The notes: a model not told the origin generated them from the letters alone. Counted from the stretch's first letter, positions 37,930-51,439 are shown. The stretch is DNA of 64,000 nt from Octopus sinensis (GCF_006345805.1 NC_043018.1:10974001-11038000); one strand, 5' to 3'. Made by a program: numbers and translations.

Positions 37930-38340
37930 TACTTAGATAAGTTTCGGCCGAAGTTGACTTAGGCCATGTCTAATTTAATAGCACCACATGGAAGAGATAC
38001 ACAGTCAGCTCAGGGGAACCGTAACCAATTCAAGCAGAGGGTTATTGTTTTCAGAGACATATCTGGGTGTGGGTGGTTTATCTGGTATTTGTTGTGGGTA
38101 ATTATCTAGGGATTGTTTGAATGCCGTGAAGTCACTTTCCTCCTTTATATGTGTCTGGCACGATGTTGAAGAGAGCAGGGCCAATTGAGGTGAAATAGTT
38201 CTGTCATAGTGTTGTGATACGACACGAACATTTTAGAAATAGACGGATGGCATAGGGACAAAGCCTCAGACAAATTTTAACGATGGGCAATGTTGATGGA
38301 ATATTTTCCACATCATACGGATGACATAGAGCTCACAGTG
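37930..38340 (-). mobile_element. Old LINE 3' coding remnant, possibly Nimb/Jockey-group
   Basis: Minus strand gives SIGPALFNIVP..FKQSLDNYL..PDKPPTPRY-like fragments. Confidence 0.45.
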
Positions 38341-38569
38341 GCGGTGGAGGAAGCAAAGCCTAAGCTTTTTGAGTCGATCCCAATAGTCAAGGCTTGTCAT
38401 GTCATCCTTCGCAGCCCTCCGCTAAGCAGCTCATTTTAAGATAGATACACGAGTAAAATTACTAATAGAGAAACGAAAATAAACTTTGGAAACAGCAACG
38501 CCACCATAAGTTACGTGCAAACAATGAACGTGTTTTCAAGGGAGATAATCAAAGAATGTAACATTGTAA

Positions 38570-38950
38570 TCTCTCTATATAAACGGCAGTTTGTCTGTGT
38601 GTGTGTCTGTGTGTCTGTTAGGTTGTACCCTCACCCTGACCACGGCTTTCAACCGATTCTGATGAAACTTGACACGCACATAGCCCAATGTCATAATTCA
38701 AAACTAACGCAGCGAAAATTTTGAAAAGTTCCCCCAGTTCTGAAAAAAATCGATAAATTCGACATGGGGTCAAGAATCAGAAACACAAACCACAGACTGT
38801 CTAGGGGACGCAACTCCACCTTTTTAACTCTCAAAAAAATTTACCATAATTTTTTTTCGATTTGTTTGCTATTTTTTGGCTATAACTCTCTAAAAATGCT
38901 TTATAGTTATTTCTCTTACAAACCCGAGCAACGCCGGGCGATACTGCTAG
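38570..38950 (+). mobile_element. Non-autonomous Helitron
   Basis: 5' TC, 3' hairpin cccg-a-gc-aac-gc-cggg (38923-38938), terminal CTAG, inserted between A and T, no TSD. Confidence 0.8.
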
Positions 38951-39334
38951 TATTTCATGTAAAGTAAACATAACAAATGAAGAATCCTTCAAGAATCCAT
39001 AAAAATCCCCGGATCACTACCAAAATTTTCATCATCTGTTCCTTGTGTCATTACCAACTTTTCCTGCAAGTTTCATCAAAAACCGGTCACAACTTTTTGA
39101 GTTATTTTGCACACAGACGATGAAAATATAACCTCCTTCCTTGGCGGAGGTAATAAGTAGCAGACTTAGAAAAATAAGTCTTGGGGTTTACTGGATATTC
39201 AGCTTGTTTTGGTCACAATGTGTTTTGATATTAGAGACAAGCACACACACACACACAGACATACACACAGACACACACATACAAACACACATACACGAAT
39301 AAACACACACACGCATAAACACACAGAGTGGGGA

Positions 39335-39369
<35 letters not shown>

Positions 39370-39983
39370 CAAATGAAAGAGAGGAATAGAATGATGAATG
39401 AAGAAACGTTAAAACGTCTGATGTCAAATAAGTCAGCATCCAAACATCGATGCCGAAATCGCTGCGCCAAAATGTCTCATATCCCTTAGCTACATCACAC
39501 GCTTTTGCAGCACTCCTCACTCTCCAAATATACCTTATTCTTTCTCCAAGGAACAATAAGGCTTTCGTTCTTTCCATTTCCATTTTATGTAATCGCAAAT
39601 CTGGTGAAACAATACGAACTCGTATAATCGATAATCGATCGCGCAGTTGCTTAATTTCGTCTGATGGATTAGCATAAATTCATGCCAATTTGACTCCCAA
39701 TATTCTTTTTGTGTGTTTTAAGTTCTAGGAATTCAGACCAGCAATTGTGATTATAATCCAGTTTGGTTAATTAACTAATTATCAATATTCTACTATTATA
39801 ACAATACTTCGAAATTAGAGTTTCGAACTATATCGTATATATGTGTTTGTCACCTTGTCATCTGTCTCCATATTGATTATTGTAAATATCAATAATCACA
39901 TGAAATAATACTGATAGAACGCTTTTAGGTACTGACACGCATTTGTAGGTTGTAGAAGACTTTAATTCTTCTTTTTTCTCTAT

Positions 39984-40210
39984 TTAACACTTTAGTATTT
40001 AAACCGGCCATATCCGGCCAAAATATTTAATCTGTTTTATGTTCAAACTGACCAGATCCAGGCTCTCACACCTACCCTACAATGTTATTCTACATTAAGT
40101 AATTACACCACCAAGATCTTGAAGATATGAGATAATGCTTGATTAATTCAAATCAATGGGAATCAATAAGCATTATGTTTGATAGAATAATCTGAACGCT
40201 AAAGGGTTAA
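39984..40210. mobile_element. piggyBac-type MITE, same family in opposite orientation; partial copies at about 360-470, 1730-1830 and 17456-17650
   Basis: ttaacactttag ... ctaaagggttaa; internal sequence matches the reverse complement of 18745-18973. Confidence 0.8.
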
Positions 40211-41536
40211 AGAAGGCTGTCTGCTATATCTTAAGTGACCCATTATACTCCAGTTTGCCTAGTGACTAGTAACCCGTTGTGCCCCACTTATGAATTTCCT
40301 TGAATTTCAGAATTTCCAAGGATACTTCTGTTATTCAAAATAACATAGGCCAAAAAAGAGATACTCTGCATTTCCCCACAAAAATCCAAATCTTCAGTAT
40401 TTCTTGCAGAGGTGGTGCTCCAGCATGGCTGCGGTCAAATAGCACACAAGTAAATGATCCTTTCTACTCAAGGCTTGAAATTTGTGGGGGGGGGGGGGGC
40501 TAACTCGACCTCATCGACCCCATAACGATAAAAAAACTGGTTGGTCTCAGGATTAAGACCTGTGATCCAGAATCAGGAACTCGGAAAGGAATCACCAGGG
40601 AGAATACGACATCCATATTAGCCGGAGAGACGATGCAATCCATAACGACTGCTCCATCATACGCCCTGGCTTGGAGTTGGAAGAAAACGACGAAAATTTG
40701 ACAAATGACTTATTATGCCCCACTCCCCCCTACATTCTAATTTTGTATGGGGTTTGCATCTAAGAACGCATAAACACAAGCACACATACACACGTATACA
40801 CACACACACACATATACATATATACATATATATATATTCTTTTATTCTTTTACTTGTTTCAGTCATTTGATTGCGGCCATGCTGGGCACCGCCTTTAGTC
40901 GAACAAATCGACCCCGGGACTTAATCGTTGTAAGCCTAGTACTTATTCTGTCGGTCTCTTTTGCCGAACCGTTATATTACGGGGACGTAAACTCACCAAC
41001 ATCGGTTATCAAATGATGGTTGGCGGGGACAAACACAGACACACAAATACCCCACCACACACACACACACACACACATATAAATATATATACGACGGGCT
41101 TCTTTCCGTTTCCGTCTACCAAATCTACTCACAAGGCTTTGGTCGGCCCGAGGCTATAGTAGGAGACATTTTCCCAAAGTACCATGGAGTGGGACTGAAC
41201 CCGGTACCATGTGATTGGTAAACAAGCTATTTACCACACAACTACTCCTGCGCCTATATATGTATACACACACACACACCACACATATAAATATATATAC
41301 GACGGGCTTCTTTCCGTTTCCGTCTACCAATCTACTCACAAGGCTTTGGTCGGCCCGAGGCTATAGTAGGAGACATTTTCCCAAAGTACCATGGAGTGGG
41401 ACTGAACCCGGTACCATGTGATTGGTAAACAAGCTATTTACCACACAACTACTCCTGCGCCTATATATGTATACACACACACACACACACATCCATTTTA
41501 TTCATGTTTGTTTTACCTTAACATATATATATATAT

Positions 41537-42269
41537 ATATAACAATTTAGGAATGGCCTAGACAGGCCATTCGTCCACTAGAAAGAGCAGCCATAACTCC
41601 AACCGCCAAGTAGTGTAATTCGGAAATAAGGTGAAAGTTATGGCTGCTCTTTCTAGTGGACGAATGGCCTGTCTAGGCCATTCCTAAATTGTTATATTTA
41701 TACATATTTAGTCTTTGACTATTTTCTCTTTTCCATTAGGCCGCTGGTAGCGATAAATTTTTACTGAATTTTTTGCTACCCTAAATTGATTAATTGATAA
41801 TTTTCTGACTAATTCTGAGATTGAATCGGCAGTTTATATTTGCTGCCGATAAGTTTGGCGCGAATGCGTTGGTCTTGAAAATTTTAAGACAGATATTCCC
41901 GAGGCATTGATACAGTCGCCTCGTATATATCCGTCTCTCCCAGGTTTCTTTTACTGATGAAGTGTGACCTATGGTAGACTAGCTTAATTTAATTTAATTA
42001 AGCTGGTCTATCATTAAAGACACTGAAACGATGCATCGTATAAAAGATGAATTAGGGTAAATGTTTTTAAATTTTCACCTTATTTCCGAATTACACTACT
42101 TGGCGGTTGGAGTTATGGCTGCTCTTTCTAGTGGACGAATGGCCTGTCTAGGCCATTCCTAAATTGTTATATTTATACATATTTAGTCTTTGACTATTTT
42201 CTCTTTTCCATTAGGCCGCTGGTAGCGATAAATTTTTACTGAATTTTTTGCTACCCTAAATTGATTAAT
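41537..42269 (+). mobile_element. Non-coding Penelope-like or retrozyme-like element (inverted repeat plus 1.33 units of a 475-bp monomer)
   Basis: 41636-41794 identical to 42111-42269 (159 bp); 41537-41636 is the reverse complement of 42073-42172; hammerhead inside; (TA)n at both ends; no ORF of 60 aa or more in the track. Confidence 0.75.
41947..42047 (+). ncRNA. Type I hammerhead ribozyme motif with an extended helix II
   Basis: Helix I tctttta/taaaaga; core CTGATGA (41954-41960); helix II agtgt/acact enclosing a 19-bp hairpin; GAAA (42025-42028); palindromic helix III acgatgcatcgt; GUA cleavage triplet, predicted cut after 42040. Confidence 0.85.
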
Positions 42270-42299
42270 ATATATATATATATATATTATACATACATA

Positions 42300-42501
42300 C
42301 TTCGTCCACGTCTTTTGCTCCGACGTCTTTTTGTCCAATGATTTTTTTGTCCAACGACTTTTTGTCCAATTTTAAATAAAATCTTCAGAAAACAAGGTGA
42401 ACATCAAAATCAAATAATCATTGAGGATTTCATTGATAGGATTTGTCAATAGGACAAAAAAACCATCGGACAAAGAGACGTCGGACGAAAAGACATAGCA
42501 G
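42300..42501. mobile_element. Foldback-type MITE with repeated tttgtcc subterminal motifs
   Basis: Left gtcttttgctccgacgtctttttgtccaatgatttttttgtcc mirrors right ggacaaaaaaaccatcggacaaagagacgtcggacgaaaagac. Confidence 0.6.
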
Positions 42502-43673
42502 CCTTCTCCATCGCCCAGCTAACATCAATACAGCTGTTATGGACTGGATTCATAAGTTTCACTTTCATTTTAAATTTAATTCGCCTCAAACACTTATCTA
42601 AGTTCACAAGGGCGTCGGAAAAATGAAGGATAATAGATCGTTATGGCAAGACAACATCCTTGCTGAAATTTTCAATTTAGGCGGACAAATTTTGCCAGAG
42701 CCTGATCGGAACGCTTGCAAAAGAGCAAACACGGCAAAAGAGACACAGGACAGTAACAACGCTGGGTGTGTTTCGGTCTTATTAGCCCTCCTCAGTGGCG
42801 CTTAGTAAAAATAAAACCACGACATTATTTTTCTACAGAAAGACTATACTTTACAGGGGATAAAAGAATGAAGGGGGGGGATACTGAATTTACGGTTCTT
42901 ATTGGAGTCTACTTTTGTTGTTGCTATTAACGATGATGATGATGATGATGATGAGGGGGAGGATGACGATGATGATGAAGATGTTGTTGTTTGCTATTAC
43001 AACTATGATCATTATTGCTGTTGGAGGGCGGTGAACACGCCGGGGCAAAATACTTAGCTGTATTCCGCCCAGCTTTACGTTCTGAGTTCAAATTCCGCCA
43101 AGGTCGACTTAGCATTTCATCCTTTCAGGAGGAAGGGAGGGAGGGAGGGGGGAATTCGATAAAATAAGTACCAGTTGAGCAATGGGGTCGTTGTTATTGA
43201 CTAGCCCCCACCCCCACCCCCACCCAATCCATCAACCTCGTTTGGCCTTAAGCCAAAATTTGAAACCACCGTTATTGCAGTTGTTGCTGTTGTTGTTGTT
43301 GTAACTGAAACTAAAACAACCGTTGTGCTGCCATTTTTTGCTACGCCCACTGATGTTGTTCTTGTTGCTATTATTGTAATCAATGCCGTTAATTGCTGTC
43401 GTCGCATTTGTCGTTGCTGCTGCTGCTGCTGTTGCTGCTGTTCTTGTTATTGTTGTTCTTGTTATTGCTGTCGTCGTCATCATCGTCGTTACTGTTGTGG
43501 TTATTCTTGTTGTTATTCTTGTTGTTGTTGTTGTTGTTATTATTCTGCAATCAACTTTGTCATTTATTGTCGTTGTTGTCTTTGCCCTTATTCTTCTTCC
43601 TGAAACTAATATCATTGCAACCATTATTGTTAAATTATTACTATTATAATTATTATTGTTGTTGTTGTTGTTG

Positions 43674-43723
<50 letters not shown>

Positions 43724-43734
43724 GTTATTATTAA

Positions 43735-44212
43735 GTGAGAGAGCAGTTCACCCCATCAAAGTGACACTGGGGTAAAATATACGAAGCCCAATATACCCAT
43801 CATGACTACCCGTCTGATAAGGGTACACCAGGCACATGCATCACAACCATATGTGCGCAACACGGTGATCTCATATCAAGATAAGCAGTGCATGACCTTG
43901 CAGGTGGGGCCCAGTTAGAATTTTCTTCAGGTTGAGTAGCCCATCCCGCTCAAACGGTCCCTGAATAAGGGTTGTTTAAGGATGTTGAAAGAACCACCCA
44001 TGTTTCCAGACGTGAATCATTCTGCTCGTGATCAGAGATGCACATATCGTCAGCCACTAAGGCACATGCTCAACTGGTTAAGGTCAAACAACTGACAAGC
44101 AAATCTGTGGTATTGAGCAGAATATTTGCTGTAGCCCATCTTTTATACCAAGACAAAACAATGTACATGATAACACTTCCAATCAGTTAAGATCAGAAGC
44201 CATGAGAGCCAC

Positions 44213-44213
<1 letters not shown>
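43735..44213 (-). mobile_element. (TAA)n-embedded element, copy 2 (internal deletion, slight 5' truncation)
   Basis: Colinear with copy 3, lacking about 60 bp near 44020. Confidence 0.8.
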
Positions 44214-44261
<48 letters not shown>

Positions 44262-44300
44262 TTTCTTCTTCTTCTTCTTCTTCTTCTTCTTCTTCTTCTT

Positions 44301-44331
<31 letters not shown>

Positions 44332-44345
44332 TTATTATTATTATT

Positions 44346-44899
44346 GAGTGAGAAAGCAGTGCATGCCATCTAAGTGACACTGGGGTAAAATATACGAAGC
44401 CCAGTATACCCATCATGACTACCCGTCTGATAAGGGTACACCAGGCACATGCATCACAACCATATGTGCGCGACATGGTGATCTCATATCAAGATAAACA
44501 GCACATGACCTTGCAGGTGGGGCCCAGTTAGAATTTTCTTCAGATTGAGTAGCCCATCCCGCTCAAACGGTCCCTGAATAAGGGTTGTTTAAGGATGTTG
44601 AAAGAACCACCCATGTTTCCAGAGGTGAACTATTCAAACCCCAAAGAATCCCTCTCAACACATGGCTATGATGCTCCCCCCCACTACTTCTGCTCGTGAT
44701 CAGAGATGCACATATCGTCAGCCACTAAGGCACATGCTCAACTGGTTAAGGTCAAACAACTGACAAGCAAATCTGTGGTATTGAGCAGAATTTTGCTGTA
44801 GCCCATCTTTTATACCAAGACAAAACAATGTACATGATAACACTTCCAATCAGTTAAGATCAGAAGCCATGAGAGCCACTGCCTGGTACTGCATCAGGG

Positions 44900-44902
<3 letters not shown>
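44346..44902 (-). mobile_element. (TAA)n-embedded element, copy 3 (longest)
   Basis: Minus strand starts gccctgatgcagtacc and ends ctttctcactc followed by (AAT)n. Confidence 0.8.
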
Positions 44903-44939
<37 letters not shown>

Positions 44940-45271
44940 TTATTATTATTATTATTATTTTTATTATTATTATTATTTTTATTATTATTATTATTATATT
45001 ATTATTATTATATTATATTATTATTATTTTTATTATTATTATTATTATATCATTATTATTTTTATTATTATTATTATTATTATATTATTATTATTATTAT
45101 TATTACTATTACTATTATTATTATTATTATTATCATTGCAACTATTATTATTACTATTTTTTATTATTATTATTATTTTTATTATTAATATTATTATTAT
45201 TTTATTATTATTATTATTATATTATTATTATTATTTTATTATTATTATTATTATTTTTATTATTATTATTA

Positions 45272-45322
<51 letters not shown>

Positions 45323-45346
45323 TTATTATTATTATTATCATTATTA

Positions 45347-45378
<32 letters not shown>

Positions 45379-45477
45379 TTATTATTATTATTATTACTAT
45401 TACTATTATTATTATTATTATTATCATTGCAACTATTATTATTACTATTTTTATATTTTTATTATTTTTATTATTAA

Positions 45478-45553
<76 letters not shown>

Positions 45554-45609
45554 GCTATTAGTATCATTATTATTATCATTGAACTATTATTATCATTATT
45601 ATTATTATT

Positions 45610-48600
45610 TTTTTTTCTTCTTTCAAATTTTCTTCCATTTCTTCTTGCCGAGTGTCTTCCCGACTCCTAGGGCAAAGAACTCATAGTGTATATTGGTAGG
45701 CCATTAAACCAAACTCAGTAGTTCGTTCATTTTAAAAAAAAATTTTTTTTTTTTTAAATTAAAATACATGAGCAGCAACAGTTCTCACATCGACAATGCT
45801 CTTCTCAATACGTGTGATGTACCATTAAGACAATCTTTTGCACTTCTTGCAGGGATGGTAAGCCAGGGATCATTCTCATATAATTTTCGGTTCCCTTCTT
45901 GATCATTCCTAGTGCTCCTACGATCACTGGTATTGTAACCGCCTTGAGATGCCACATTTTCTCAATATCAATGAGTAGGTCTTTATATTTTCTGAGCTTG
46001 TCAAACTCTTTCGCTGAGATATTATGATCACAGGGGATGCTCATGTCGATCAATAAGCAAACTTTATTGTTTTGGTCTTTCACAACAATATCTGGTTTAT
46101 TGGCCTTGATGGTTCGGTCTGTATGTACTGGAAAGTCCCACAGAATGGTTACATTTTCTCCTTCAGTTACAGCCTCAGGGTGGTGATTATACCACTTGTC
46201 GGCAGTTTTGATATTGTAATGCCAACTTATTAGCCAGTGGTAATATTGGCCAACTCTGTCATGTCTTAATTTATACTCCACTGGTGCTAAGACTTTACAT
46301 CCAGAGATTAGGTGGTCCACTGTTTCAATCATGTCGTTGCAGAATCGGCATTTTGGGTCTGCTCCATTTTTCATCACATTGGCCTGGTAGTTCCGGGTTA
46401 ATAGGCTTTGGTCTTGAGCAGCCAGGATGAAACCTTCGCTCTCTGCTTTTAGCCCTGAGCTCCGCAGCCACTGATGGGTTTGCTTCTGGTCAACATCAGC
46501 TTGTTTGCTGCGGGTCACATATTTGCCGTGCAGAGGTTTCTCCTCCCACCTATCAGCCAATTGCTTGTGCGCTTTTTTCATTGCCATCATTTTGGGAAGG
46601 TAAAGGCGATCTACATCTGCCTTTGGGTGGTGCATCCTATTACAACTCAGCAGCTTGCGTATTTTTCTATCTATATTCTTTACTTCACTCATATTCCAGT
46701 TCAACACATTGTAGCTATAAGTAACAACTGGAACTGCTAAGGAATTTATAGCTAACACCTTGTTACGTGCATTTAGTTCAGATTTCAGGACTGCACGAAC
46801 TCTCCTATAACATTCCTTCCTGATTTTCTCTTTCATCATGCTTGCATGCTGAATACCAGAGCCTTCATTTATCCCTACATATTTGTATGTCTGTTCTTGC
46901 TCAAGCTCTCTTATGACTGTGTCAACATCTAACACGACTGAATTTGTGGTCTTCACTTTCCCTTTCTGGAAAGTGGCCTTGGCACACTTCTCAAGTCCAA
47001 ACTCCATCCCAATGTCATCGCTGAATGCTTTCACGGTGCGCAATAGGCCTTCAAGTTCATTATTGTCTTTACCATAAAGTTTTAAGTCATCCATATAAAA
47101 TAGATGGCTCATTTTTTTATTGGCAATTTTATACCCATACCCTGTTCTGTTTAATTCACTTGTAAGGGGTATTAGGGCTATGCAGAATATTAAAGGTGAA
47201 AGTGAGTCACCTTGAAAAATTCCACAGTTGATGTTTATGTTTTCTGAGGCAAGTACTCCATTAGAGTGGTATAATTGGAGATTCGTATTCCACAACGACA
47301 TATTGTGCTTCAGGAAGTTTGAAATCACAGGGGAAATTTTAAAGATGTCCAGCGATCTCAAGATCCATGGATGCGGTATACTGTCGAAAGCCTTTTTATA
47401 GTCAATCCATGCGGTGCTGAGATTCTGCGCTTGTTGTGACAGTTCTCAAGGATCATACGATTGATTAGCAGTTGATCTTTGCATCCGTAAGAGCCTCGGC
47501 GGCACCCTTTTTGTTCAATGGGGGGAAAATATCGTTCTTCTCCATGAATGCATATGTTTTCTCCGCCAGGATAGATGTTAGGATTTTATACGTGGTGGAT
47601 AGACAGGTTATAGGCCGATAGTTTTTTGGAAGGTTGGTTTCGTTATTCTTTGGGAGTAGGTAAGTAATGCCACTTGCTAACCATTCAGGTGTTTTCTTTG
47701 GGTCTCTCAAAATTCCATTGAGCAGCTGAACTAGCTTACCGTGTGCGCACGGGAGCGATGCGAGCCAGAAATTCGGCACCCTATCTTTACCGGGGGATTT
47801 CCAATTACGGGTCTTCGTGAGTGCCTTTCTTAGGTCTGCTATTGTGATGTCTTCCCATGCTTGTTGTTGTAAATTTTGGTAGGATCCTTCAGTTTGTATA
47901 ATTAATCTGCATTTATGTTGTACGTCTTCTTGTCACTCCAAATCATTTCCCAAAAGTTTTGAACTTCTTCCATGGGAGGGGGGTCTTTAACGGTTACTTT
48001 CTCCTTCCCTATTTCTCTGTAGAATTTTTTGGCATTGGATGTGAACAGCTTATTTTGCTTGTAAAACTTGTTCTCTTCTCAAATCTTCGTATTCTTGGGC
48101 TTTTGCTTGGACTTTTTGTTTCAGCGTTTCTTTTATTGATATCAGTTCTCTCTTGGTGAGGATCCAAATTTTCTCTTCATCTTTCTTCCTGTTCTGGATC
48201 TTACATCATTTCCACATATTAGTTCATTTAATATTGATATTTCCCCTCTCATAAATTCAATCTCTTTTTCAATTTTACTTCTCCAGGTTTGATTTCTTCC
48301 CAGGTTGTTTTCTTTGTTTTTTCGGGGGCATACAGCTGGTTTCAATTGCCCTAGCAGAAGCGTAAATAATTTCATTTAACTCAGTAAAATCAGGTTTTAA
48401 TTCTCGATTATTTCATTTGTTACATAGTTGCCAATTTGGATTTGTTTTTTATTTTGGTTTGTATTTGAGAGTTTATGAAGCGGTTCTCTATCATTCATAC
48501 TTGTATGTCTTACAACTTCAAGCGTATTCAGGATTTTCTGCCTCATTTCTGCCATAGACTCTCTGTGTTCTTCAGCAAATGCGAGATCTTCAGTTACTGT

Positions 48601-49326
48601 TGTTTTTTCGTTTTCCTGGCTATCTTTAACAGGTACAATAGAATTTCTTGTATATTCAGGCCTTTGCGTACTTTGGTCAGATGGCAGTCTTTCAATTAAG
48701 CCTCGTGGCGGGCTATACTGTTCATCTGATTCTTCATTTCCTGTGTCTTATATTTATGTCATTTTCCGTTGCGTGCTTGATTCGCACTTATTTCACTGTC
48801 TGTGAGTCTGTTATTTCTAAAGATATCCCTCCTCACATTTGCTAATTTGTTCTCGTCCAAATAGGGCCTACTGTCTTGATTCCGTGTTCTCCATATACTG
48901 TAAGAGTTTGCGGTGTGTCTCTCTTGAGATGGCCCTACCTAATGCATAGTAATAAGCGTATATTACTTCTTATACTCTTCTCGGGTCCATTTGTTCCGCT
49001 TACATTTTTCTTTCTGTGGTGGTTGTGGTGGTGGTGAACTTGGAGGGCTCGAGTTGGGGGATTCCCGTTCAAGTGACATCCATGTCCGTATTTGGAGAAG
49101 AGTTTGTGCCAGTTGATGACTTTTCGATCCAGGCTGGCTCTTCCCTGGGGGACGCGCTTCCAGATTAACCATAGGACAAGCGATTGGTATAGATGATTTA
49201 GTTTTCTTTTAGTTTCCAAAAACATTTTGGTTGCTACGATAATGTTATCATTTTTTAGCTTTGATTGGCTCGTGGGGAGACGGCCATCATTGCCGTTACA
49301 ATTATAATCGTACCATTATAGCAGCC

Positions 49327-49328
<2 letters not shown>
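45610..49328 (-). mobile_element. Near full-length, decayed R4/Dong-like non-LTR retrotransposon with restriction-like endonuclease
   Basis: N-terminal RNKWTREEYK motif (48963-49172). RT motifs YRPITCL, GIFQGDSLSP and HLFYMDDLKLY. CCHC knuckle CRFC..ETVDHLISGC, RHD, and KPDIV..IDMSIP endonuclease in the 518-aa ORF 45805-47361. Several frameshifts. (TAA)n arrays at both ends. Confidence 0.9.
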
Positions 49329-49362
<34 letters not shown>

Positions 49363-49413
49363 TATTATTATTATTACTATTATTATTATATTATATTACT
49401 ATTACTATTATTA

Positions 49414-49459
<46 letters not shown>

Positions 49460-49565
49460 AGCATATTAATACTACTACTATTATTATCATTATTATTATC
49501 CTTATTATTATCATTATTATTATATTATTATTACTATTATTATTATTATTATATTATTATTATTA

Positions 49566-49604
<39 letters not shown>

Positions 49605-49633
49605 TATTATTATTATTATTATATTACTATTAC

Positions 49634-49665
<32 letters not shown>

Positions 49666-49856
49666 TATGTTTGACTTTTGCTTTTATTTGTACAAGTTGG
49701 CTCCAAGTCTCACCAGAGACCTCAAGAGACAACAGGGTTGGAAGTTCATTTGTGTTATGCCTAGTGTGCCATATATTTGGGGGGTGGGGATGTTGTACTA
49801 ATGAATGTCTAAAAAAAAAAAAGTTTTTTTTAATTTTTTATTATTATATTATTATA

Positions 49857-49887
<31 letters not shown>

Positions 49888-49943
49888 TATTATTATTATT
49901 ATTATTACTATTACTATTATTATTATTATTATTATTATATATT

Positions 49944-49978
<35 letters not shown>

Positions 49979-50141
49979 TAGCATTATTAATACTACTACT
50001 ATTATTATTATTATTATTATCCTTATTATTATCATTATTATTATTATTATTATCATTATTATTATCGTTATTATACTATTATTATATTATTATTATATTA
50101 TTATTATTACATTAATATTATTTTATTATTATATTATTATT

Positions 50142-50176
<35 letters not shown>

Positions 50177-50292
50177 TAGCATTATAATACTACTACTATT
50201 TTATATTATATTATCCTTATTATTATCATTATTATTATTATTATTATATTATTATTATCGTTATTATTACTATTATTACTATTATTATTATT

Positions 50293-50768
50293 GAGTGAGA
50301 GAGCAGTTCATGCCATCAAAGTGACACTGGGGGTAAAATATACGAAGCCAATATACCCATCATGACTACCCGTCTGATAGAGGTACACCAGGCACATGCA
50401 TCACAACCATATGTGCGCGACATGATGATCTTATATCAAGATAAACAGCACATGACCTTGCAGGTGGGGCCCAGTTAGAATTTTCTTCAGGTTGAGTAGC
50501 CCATCCCTCAAACGGTCCCTGAATAAGGGTGTTTATAGGATGTTGAAGTGTTGAAAGAACCACCCATGTTTCCAGAGGTGAACTATTCAAACCCCAAAGA
50601 ATCCCTCTCAACACATGGCTATGATGCTCCCCCACTACTTCTGCTCGTGATCAGAGATGCACATATCGTCAGCCACTAAGGGACATGCTCAACTGGTTAA
50701 GGTCAAACAACTGACAAGCAAATCTGTGGTATTGAGCAGAATATTTGCTGTAGCCCATCTTTTATACC
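50293..50768 (-). mobile_element. (TAA)n-embedded element, copy 4 (5'-truncated by about 90 nt)
   Basis: Same 3' end as copies 2 and 3; stops at ttttatacc. Confidence 0.8.
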
Positions 50769-50769
50769 A

Positions 50770-50800
<31 letters not shown>

Positions 50801-51003
50801 TATTATTATTATATTATTATTATTATTATATTATTATTATATATTATTATTATTATTATATTATTATATTGTTATTATTATTATTATTACCATTATTATT
50901 ATTACCATTATTATTATTATTATATTATTATCATTAATATATTGTATTTTTACTATTATTGTTGTTATTATTATTATATCATCAATCATTATTATTATTA
51001 TTA

Positions 51004-51039
<36 letters not shown>

Positions 51040-51224
51040 TATTATCATTATCATTATCATTATTATATATTATTATTATCATCATCATCATCATTATCCT
51101 TATTATTATTACTATTATTATTATTATTATTATCATTTTTATTATTATCATTATTATTATATCATTATTATTATTATTATATATTATTATATTATTATTA
51201 TTATTAATATTATATTATTACTAC

Positions 51225-51259
<35 letters not shown>

Positions 51260-51272
51260 TGCTACTACTACA

Positions 51273-51314
<42 letters not shown>

Positions 51315-51335
51315 CTATTATTATTATTATCATCA

Positions 51336-51382
<47 letters not shown>

Positions 51383-51407
51383 GTATTATTATTATTATTA
51401 TTATTAT

Positions 51408-51439
<32 letters not shown>

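Larger units (their letters stand above)
37431..39153 (+). mobile_element. Possible Helentron-type (HINE-like) element carrying nested insertions
   Basis: Subterminal inverted repeat acctctgccaag (37457-37468) and cttggcggaggt (39140-39151); 3' hairpin acctcc..ggaggt. Whether both ends belong to one element is inferred. Confidence 0.45.

Noticed and set aside
49230-49330. HDV-like ribozyme at the 5' end of the Dong-like LINE or of the 550-bp element
   Set aside because: I could not build the nested double pseudoknot by eye; needs a descriptor search.
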